In this document: in pieces, positions 35,905-44,061 of the stretch | Numbering within the stretch: position 1 is the first letter of the stretch | Layout of the letters: each line of letters begins with the position of its first letter | NCBI GenBank assembly: GCA_013239625.1 | Contig: MU053754.1 | Span: 1,113,379 to 1,157,439 of the forward strand | Direction of reading: 5' to 3' | Source: Lama guanicoe | Lineage: Eukaryota | DNA: 44,061 bases | Made by a program: the position numbers and the translations under genes | The notes under the pieces: generated by a model | What the model was told of the DNA's origin: nothing | Databases searched by the model: none | The model's input: only the letters and a program-made list of their open reading frames with translations

Positions 35905-36305
35905 AAGTTGTGGTATATTTATACAATGGAATACTACTCAGCTATAAATGTAATAAACTAATGCCATTTGCAGCAACATGGATGTCCCTGGAGAATGTCA
36001 TTCTAAGTAAAGAAAGCCAGAAAGAAATAAAAATACCATATGAGATAGCTTATATGTGGAATCTTAAAAAAAAAGACAAATGAAGTTATTTACAAAACAG
36101 ACACAGACTCACAGACATAGAAAACAAAGTTATGGTTACCAGGGAGGAAGGAGGTGCGAAGAAATAAATTGGGAATTTGAGATTTGCAGATACTAACTAC
36201 TAATATAAAGCAGATAAACAACAAGTTTCTACAGTATAGCACAGGGAATTATATTCAACACTGTATAGTAACCTTATAATGAAAAAGAATATGAAAATTA
36301 AAAAA
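35905..36305 (+). mobile_element. 5'-truncated L1 3' end inserted in a degraded L2
   Basis: 'tgtggtatatttatacaatggaatactactcagc...atgccatttgcagcaacatggatg...tatagcacaggga' followed by an A-rich end. Flanks resemble an L2 3' tail. Confidence 0.85.
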
Positions 36306-36887
36306 GAGTCAGTAAGTATTGAGAAAATATCGGGTGGGCTACCCATGTTCACAGATAAAATACTTTTTTATAATACACAGATCTTGCTGTTATGTTGACA
36401 TAATTGACATCCTCTGGACCCAATCGAGGGTATGATTCTACAATTGCCCACACTTCTGACCTCATCTGAAACCGCCTCCTCTTTCGTCCACTTCTTAATG
36501 ATTCTAGAACATTCCTGTCCTGCTTTAGGATTTGGGTCCTTGCAGTTTCCCCTACCCGAAATTCACTGGGGAAATCATTTAACATAAGTGCCGCTCACCT
36601 CTGTCCAAGCTTTGCTCAGATGCAAGCCTGTCACCAACCTCTAAAGCGGCGCACCACCCCCATCTGGTTCTCTGCACCCCCTTCCTCTGCTGTGCCTGTT
36701 TGCCCCTATGACACTCACTACCCTTTTAGAGTCTTAAAAAATGCAGCACAAACTTATCATCAGGTAAAGGACAATAATAATGTACAACACAGATATAAAT
36801 AATACAAAATGCTTTTTGTTTATTATGTCTCCCTAAAAGGTAAGCTTCATGAAGACACAAGTCTTCATTTGCTCCGTTTCTTGCACC

Positions 36888-37207
36888 TGTCTGTCCAGCT
36901 GCTGTACAAAGATACCACAGCCTGAGAGGCTTAAGCAAGACTTCATCTCTCCCCGTCTGGGGACGGGACACCCAAGATCAAGTGCAGGCAGTCAGCTCCC
37001 CTTTTGGTTCACAGATGGCCGCCTTCTCAATATGCCATCACGTGGAGGACGGGGTGAGGGAGCTCGGGGGGGTCTCCTTTATGAGGCACTAATCCACTCG
37101 TGAGGGCTCTACCCTCATGACCTCATCGCCTCCAAAGTCTCCACCTCCTAGCACCCTTAGATTCAAAATATGCATCTGGGGGGATACAAACCTTCAGTCC
37201 ATAATAC
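36888..37207 (-). mobile_element. MLT1A-like MaLR LTR
   Basis: 'gctgctgtacaaagataccacag...gcactaatcc...tgagggctctaccctcatgacctcatc...ggggggatacaaaccttcagtccataa'. Confidence 0.8.
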
Positions 37208-37225
37208 ACACCTAGTGTGTAGCAC

Positions 37226-37570
37226 TGTCCTACCTTCCTGTCCCTGGGGTGGGTCCCAGGGCCCCCAGTGAGCAGACTTCCAGCTGGGATTGGCCAGTGG
37301 GAGGTCCTGGCAGGTGCTGCCAGGTGGCTGTGTCTTTTATAAGATTCCAGCGCCTCTGTGGCTCCAGTTTCCACCAGGGGGTGCAGCCCCCAGGTTTGGA
37401 AATCCCTGCTTCCTTCCTGAATTCCTCCCGCTGGGCAGCTGGGGGTTCGAGCTTCTGGACGTGGCTCTCTGCTCTGCCTTCCCACCTCACCCTGGCTCTT
37501 TACCTGCCTGTCACCTTCCCGAATTACCTTTCCTCTGTCTTAAGTACTCAGACCTGCTAGGTCTTGAAAT
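37226..37570 (+). mobile_element. LTR33-like ERVL LTR fragment
   Basis: 'ttccagctgggattggccagtgggagg...ggcagg' resembles an LTR33 motif. Confidence 0.45.
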
Positions 37571-37629
37571 GCACACTTACATTTCTTCTGCTTTTTAATG
37601 CCCTCTTGGAAGTCAGGTCAGAGAAAGTG

Positions 37630-38116
37630 AAGCAAGGTGTGAATAAAAAATATTGCTTGCCACATTGGTGAACAAAGGACGCTGCGGCCATCGGCCATCA
37701 GCCACTACTGCCGCCCCAAAAAGTGAGCAGGAGGGGAGGGGACTCAGAATAGAGCCAGGCAGCCTCTACAGCCACCCTCGACAGTGCACCTGGAGGGCAC
37801 TTAGGATGGGGAAGAGCTTAGAGAGCTAAGATGCACATCAAAGGAATGACTTCAATGAGCCCAGACCTTTCCATCTTCCCATACATATAGAATCGTTAAA
37901 TTCCTTAACTTGATATCTGGTTTTCTTTAATTAACAGTAATCTTTCGATGTTCTGACTCCCTGGTCTTTGCTGCAAAAACTCCTATAAATCCTAGCTCCT
38001 CCCCTACCTCTTCAGAGCAGTCCCTCGGAGCTACCCAAGACGCTGCTACCCTAGTCCTCAGAAACGTCCAAACCTAACTCTCAACTTTTAGATTGTGCAT
38101 TTTTTACTAGTGGACA
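37630..38116 (+). mobile_element. ERV1-type solo LTR (MER34/MER39-like 3' end)
   Basis: TATAAA near 37984. 'ctcctcccctacctcttcagagcagtccctc' and terminus 'taactctcaacttttagattgtgcattttt...ggaca'. Confidence 0.65.
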
Positions 38117-40554
38117 ACAGTGACACGTTCACGACTCATCACAGACTAAAACCAAGTAACTTAGCAGCTCAGTAGGCTGAGAAGACAAGCTCTAGTTTAA
38201 TAGGTTTCGTTCATTATCACGGGAGAGAAGTGCTATAAATCACCACGTAGACAAGAGCTATCATCTGATGCACAGCAGAATCACAGTCATATATGGCAAA
38301 GTCATTCATCATGAGATTTTAATTATATGAAGGGACACATTGAATTTATCTCTGTGTCCTCATCATCCAGCCAAATGCCTGAAATGTAACAGTCACCTGG
38401 TAAATGCTCACTTAATGGTGCAATGAATGAACTGAAAATATTAAAAATTATGCATACTGCATTTTCCACATTATAGTAAGAGACAGCACAAGAATTCTGA
38501 CAACCCAGAAGCACATGAATGAAGAAAACTCCCTGAGTTTGCAGCACAAAAGTGCTGAGGACAAATGTTGGTGCTGATGTGTGTGCATCGCAAGAGGAAG
38601 GACTGTCTGGTGGGATCTCAGGGCACCTAGCCGGTCAAACCACCAGTGACCACATTCCTGGTTACTGCCTTCTCCTCAGTCTCTGGGCCTCTTGGAAAAG
38701 GTCACAGTGATGGACTGATGTTAGGGGGAAGAGAGAAATACTCAGAGTGCAGACCTGTATAGGAAAGGCCATCTCCATGGGGTTCCAGGAATGCTTCAGG
38801 GCACCGGTTTTAAAGACAAAACTGAAATAGATGTTAAGACATGGAATAGGTTTGGGGGTGGAATCAGAAGACAAAGGAACTATTTGATCTGATTATCCAG
38901 GATGTCATCTCCAAGCCCGAATGAACAGCCCAGAGATAAAGATTCAGTGAGTTCTGGTCCCAGTCCCATGAGCGCACACCTCTGTATAAACTTGAACACC
39001 CCGGCAGCCAAGATTGGCTCCAGAGGGTCCTTGGAGAGTTACTACAGCAAGAGCTTCTGACGGACTTGAGGTGGGGACCCAGGCTGTGGAATGTGGTGGC
39101 AAAGCTTCCTTCCTCTAACCCTGATCAATTACTTGCAGGGAACGCTGCACCGTGCAGTCCTGGCACTTTGCATGTCCCCACGTGGTCACACATGCAAAGT
39201 TTGACGTCACTCTGACCGACATCTCGGTGGAATGTCCTACCAACCCCTAGGAGCCAGGGGAGATAAGCCCAGAGAGGAGCTGCTGCCAGGCGTGTTCCCG
39301 GCCCCCCTGAGCATCACTTCACCTCCATCTCCCTGGTTTGAAGCATCCACAGCTCAAGGATTCTGTCACCTGGTGCTGGAACTCCTTGCTGTCCTGTGGA
39401 AGCAGAGTTGTGGGGCGCTGATGGCACACTGACCTTGCTTTGGTGTGAGTAGTACCCGTGTACTCCCCCTGGGTTCCCTGTGTCCTCACTGACAGGTAGG
39501 TGGAGGACCGGCCAGCCCACTGGGCAGAGGCTGCATGCTGCCGCTTAGCCACGGCACGACCATGAGGCTGGGTTTAATCTCCGCTTCCCCATCTCCCTCT
39601 GTTAATGCTGCCGTGCCCCAGGCTGGGCCACTGAGTCTCTGGAGCGTGCCGTATCACGGTTTGCTACAGTCGTGTAGGACTTCCTCCCCATGATGTGGCC
39701 CCCAGGACCCTTTCTGTTTTTAGATGGTCTATGAACTTGTCCCACAGGTCTCCAGGTCAAGTCCCCCATGCGCAGCCACAGAAGTCACATGCAGCATCCG
39801 CAGGGAGCTCACAAGGTAAAGTAGTTGATGCCCTTAGATCTTCACGTTGCTCCTCCTTGTCCTCAACTATAGCAAGTTCAAACACAGTTCCTTAAGAAAA
39901 TAAAAGTGAGTTTGTGAAACTTCCAGGCCAGTAGCATGCTGTGTTTCGTCACAGAGTGCATGGCGTACACACGTCCGGGATAGGAACTTCTCCTAGACTC
40001 CAAATGCGTGTGAAGCTCTCCAAGCGGACACAGGAGTGGAACGCCATTCAGGGAAGTGTTTGGATCTCGCTGCAGAGTATTCTACTCTTACCACATAAGC
40101 CCTTTTCTTATGACAGCTTTAAAATAAATAAATACTAGAGCTAGCTGTTTCAGCTGTCACTGTCATGTGTTTGCAATCATGGCTCTTGCTGGTTTTGAAT
40201 TCTCTAAGCACTCAAATTCATTTTTAATTATAACATGACTATCCTCTGGCTAAGTACAACCCAGATGTGATATATTTGGAATAAAAATCAGATTTCTCCG
40301 TTACAGCCTAAATACACTCTGATCGTAAAACACATCTGATCCCAAATGTCTCGGCTCCCCAGGCATTGGCTGCAGCCGACTTTGCACGCCCTGCCAGGCA
40401 CAGGTGTGGGTGCCTCCAGGTGGTCCTCGCAGAATAAGGGGGACCCGCCCGCATCCTCCTCACGACTGTGCCGGGGTACCTCTTCTCCAACCAGGCTGCG
40501 TCACGGAGGCTCAGTGCAAACGTAGGCTGATTTCCTGGTTCCTCTTGTCAGAGT

Positions 40555-42435
40555 CACAAGTTTTCAGAAGATGTTGAATATAGTTCCCTGTGCTATACAG
40601 TAGGTCCTTGTTGGTTATCTATTTTATGTATAGTACTGCATACATGTTAATGCCAAACTCCCAATTGATCCCTCCCCCACTTTCCCCTTTGGTAACCACA
40701 AGTTTGTTTTCTATGTCTGAGAGTCTCTTTCTGTTTTGTAAATAAGGTCATTTGTTTCATTTTTTAAGATTCCACATATAAGCATATCATATGATATTTG
40801 TCTTTCTCTGTCTGACTTACTTCATTCAGTATGATAATCCCCAGGTCCACCCATGTAGCTGCAAATGGCATTATTTTATTATTTTTTATGGCTGAGTAGT
40901 ATTCTGTACATCACAGCTTCTTTATGCAGTCATCTGTTGATGGACATTTAGGTTGTTTCCATGACTTGGCTATTGAACACTGGGGTGCATGTATCTGTTC
41001 GAATTAGAGTTTTCTCCAGATATATGTCCAGAAGTGGGATTGTGGATCATGTGGTAATTCTATTTTTAGATTTTTTAAAATCTAAAATCCATATTGCCCT
41101 CCATAGTGGCTGCACGAACTACATTCCTACCAACAGTGTAGGAAGGTTCCTTTTTCTCCACACCCCCTCTAGCATTTATTTGTGGACTTTTGAATAATGG
41201 CCATTCTGACCAGTGTGAGTTGATACCTCACTGTAGCTTTGATTTGCATTCCTCTGATAATTAGTGATACTGAACACCTTCTCATGTGCCTGTTGGCTGT
41301 CTGGATGTCTTCTTTGTAGAAATGTCTATTTAGGTCTTCTGCCCAGTTTTTTGATTGGGTTGTTTTTTTAATTTTTTTCTTTAATTGAGCTTTATGAGCT
41401 GTTCATATATTTTGGAAATCAATCCCTTTCAGCAGCATAATTTGCAAATATTTCCTCTCATTCTGTAGATTTTCTTTTCGTTTTGTTTATGGTTTCCTTT
41501 GCTGTGCAAAAGCTTATACATTTAATTATGTCCTATTTGTTTATTTTTGTTTTTATTTCCATTACTCCAGGAGCTGGATAAAAAAAAAATATTGCTGTGA
41601 TTTACATCCAAGAGTGCTCTGCCTACAGTTTCCTCTAGGAGTTTTAGAGTATCTGGTCTCACATTTAGGTCTTCAATCCATTTTGAGTTTACTTATGCAT
41701 ATGGTGTTAGAGAATGTTCCCCTTTCGTACTTTTACATGCAGCTGTCCAGTTTTCCCAGCACCATTTATTGAAAGGACTGTCTTTTCTCCATTGTATATT
41801 CTTGCCTCCTTTGTTGTAGATTAATTGGCCATAAGTGTGTGGGTTTATTTCTGGGCTCTCTATCCTGTTCCATTGATCTAGGTGTCTGTTTTTTTGTGCC
41901 AGTACCACACTGTTTTGATGACTGTAGGTTTGTAGTATAGTCTGAAGTCTGCAAGCATGATTCCTCCAGCTCTCTTCTTTCTCAAGATTGCTTTGGCTAT
42001 TTGGGGTCTTTCATGTTTCCATACAAATTAGAAATTTTTTTTTCTGGTTCTGTGAAAAACGCCATTGGTAATTCGCTAGGGATTGCATTCAATCTATAGA
42101 TAGCCTTGAGCAGTACTGTCATTTTAACAATACTGATTCTTCCAGTCCAAGAACACTTTCCATCTGTTTGTGTCATCTTCAGTTTCCTTCATCAGTGTCT
42201 TATAGTTTTCTGAGCACAGGTCTTTTGCCTTCTTAGGTAGGTTTATTCCTAGGTATTTTATTCTTTCTTGATTTGATGGTAAATGAGATTGTTTCTTAAT
42301 TTCTCTTTCTGATATTTCATTGTTAGTGTATAGAAATGCAACAGATTTCTGTGTGTTCGTTTTGTATCCTATAACTTTACCAGGTTCATTGATGAGCTCT
42401 AGTAGTTTTCTGGTAGTAGCATTAGGATTTTCTTG
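40555..42435 (-). mobile_element. L1 fragment (ORF2 RT/C-terminal region plus 3'UTR), disrupted
   Basis: Minus ORF 41693-41908 ([53 protein letters not shown]) is L1 ORF2. 3'UTR motifs 'gaatatagttccctgtgctatacagtagg'. Confidence 0.92.
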
Positions 42436-42504
42436 TGTTTCTGAGGTGGGATGTAGAAACAGAAATCCCTAAGTTCAAGGGGGCCTGAAATAACAACCAG
42501 TCCC

Positions 42505-42735
42505 CCATCCATAGAGACAGTAAGTAGGTCAGTGATTGCCAGTCTCTGAAACGAGGGGGAAATGAAGAGGAACTGCTAAGGGGTGTCGCATTTCTTTTTG
42601 AGGTGTTGAAAGTACTCTGAAATAGAGAGTGGTGATGGTTATAGACCTTCATGAATACACTAAAAGTGTTCAAACTGGACACTTTACAATGGTGGTTTTA
42701 TGGTATGTTAATTATGTCTCAATTAAAACAAACAA
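42505..42735 (+). mobile_element. Old L1MB-type 3'UTR fragment
   Basis: 'gagacagtaagtagg...gtggtgatggtt...tgaatacactaaaa...ttttatggtatgttaattatgtctcaattaaaa'. Confidence 0.75.
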
Positions 42736-42761
42736 GACTTAGCAGTATGCTAAGTTTCTTT

Positions 42762-42788
42762 CACACACACACACACACACACGCACAC
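42762..42788. repeat. (CA)n microsatellite
   Basis: cacacacacacacacacacacgcacac read directly. Confidence 0.9.
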
Positions 42789-42861
42789 TGCACGGTACTG
42801 ACACCAAAAAGGAATTCGTTGTTATCTGAATTCACATTTAATTGGGTTGCCTGAAATTTTG

Positions 42862-43230
42862 GGTAGACTTTTCTTTTTAGAATTGTTTTAGGTTAGCAGC
42901 AGAAGTGAGAGGAAACGACATAGAGTTTCCACATGCATGTGTCCCCTTCCCCAGCACACACACAGCCTCCTGTCTGTTCCCACACCAGAAGATGCATTTG
43001 TTACCATCAATGAACCAGCACTGTCACATCATCATCACCCGAAGTCCATAGTTTACATTAAAGTTCCATCTTGGTTGCTTCCAAGTTTGGGCAGTTATGA
43101 ATAAAGCTGCTTAAACACTTTTGTGAAGGCTTTCACGTGGATACAACGTATCAATTCACTGAGGTAAACATCAAGGAGCACAACTGCCGGATCGCATGGT
43201 AAGACGTGGGTTAGTTTTGCTAAATCTGGC
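42862..43230 (-). mobile_element. Old L1M 3'UTR fragment with internal deletion
   Basis: Shares motifs with the element at 3225-4232 ('gtttacatta', 'catcttggttgcttccaagttt', 'aaggagcacaactgcc'). Confidence 0.75.
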
Positions 43231-43549
43231 AACACCATGCTCAGTGACCGTGCACTTCCTGGGACAGGCACAGAACAAGGACAATGAGATTGTCAATGAG
43301 AAAGGCAATAAAGGACATCTCATCTTTATTCACTCATTACGTCTCTCATTCATTTGCTACTTATTTAACAAAACTATCTGCTAGACCCTGGGAATGCAAA
43401 TACCACATGTAATGGAAGGAACAGATGCTGCAAAAACATAGCAAAGCACTGTAACAAAGGTGCCCATAATGGTTTCCAACGTGCAAGTTGCAGAACAAAG
43501 GAAAAAAGACGGAGAAATTTCCCCCAGGGAGGCTCAGAAAATGCTCTCC

Positions 43550-44061
43550 ACAGCACAACCACTCAAAACCTATGGGACACAGCAAGGCAGTGCTAAGAGG
43601 GAAGTTTATAGCGACAAGGCCTTCCTCAAAAAAGAAGAACAATCTCAAATAAACAAGTTAACCCACCACCTGAATCAATTAGAAAAAGAAGAACAAAAAG
43701 CCCCAAAAAGCAGCAGAAGGAAGGAAATAATAAAGATCAGAGAGGAATTAAATACAATAGAGATTAACAAGACCATAGAAAAAATCAACCGAACCAAAAG
43801 CTGGTTTTTTGAAAAAGTAAATAAAATCGACAAACCTCTGGCCAAACTCACAAAGAAGAAAAAAGAGAGAGCACAAATTAGCAAAATAAGAAAGGAAAAT
43901 GGAGAAATTACAACAAACAAAATAGAAATACAGAATATCATACGAGAATATTATGAAAAACTATATGGAACCAAACTGGATAACCTAGAGGAGATGGACA
44001 AGTTTCTGGAAACATACTGTCCACCAAAACTGAATCAAGAAGAAACTGAACACTTGAACAA
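43550..44061 (+). mobile_element. Young 5'-truncated L1, ORF2 linker region, running off the window end
   Basis: Open frame from ~43625: [43 protein letters not shown]...[16 protein letters not shown]...[36 protein letters not shown], typical L1 ORF2. Confidence 0.93.

Overview
Mammalian (eutherian) genomic DNA, not prokaryotic. The only supportable protein-coding feature is coding exon 1 of ANOS1 (KAL1, anosmin-1) on the minus strand (ATG at 19586, GT donor after 19380). It lies in a ~2.4 kb CpG island with CCAAT and GC boxes. Positions 1-19379 are ANOS1 intron 1 (no exon 2 recognised) and ~19.9-44 kb is upstream intergenic DNA. Both are full of interspersed repeats: L1 fragments of several ages, MaLR/ERVL/ERV1-type LTRs, MER5/MER20/MER58/Tigger-type DNA transposons, MIR and L2. 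I recognised no Alu, BovA/BovB, PRE1 or Can-SINE, and the young L1 3' ends look camelid-like, so a camelid source is a tentative inference. The most unusual structure is a 247-bp inverted repeat, 100% identical by manual comparison (15043-15289 / 16747-16993). It has degenerate outer margins and flanks a ~1.46 kb spacer in intron 1, making it a candidate gene-converting or invertible segment and a pre-mRNA dsRNA stem. Other points of interest: an out-of-frame upstream ATG, a 39-bp tandem array of NRF1-like sites, a solo LTR with a 23-bp CCAAT array, a composite (GAT/GGT)n tract, and a 39-bp TSD-flanked micro-retroinsertion. Repeat family names are from memory of consensus sequences, not from a search, and repeat boundaries are approximate.
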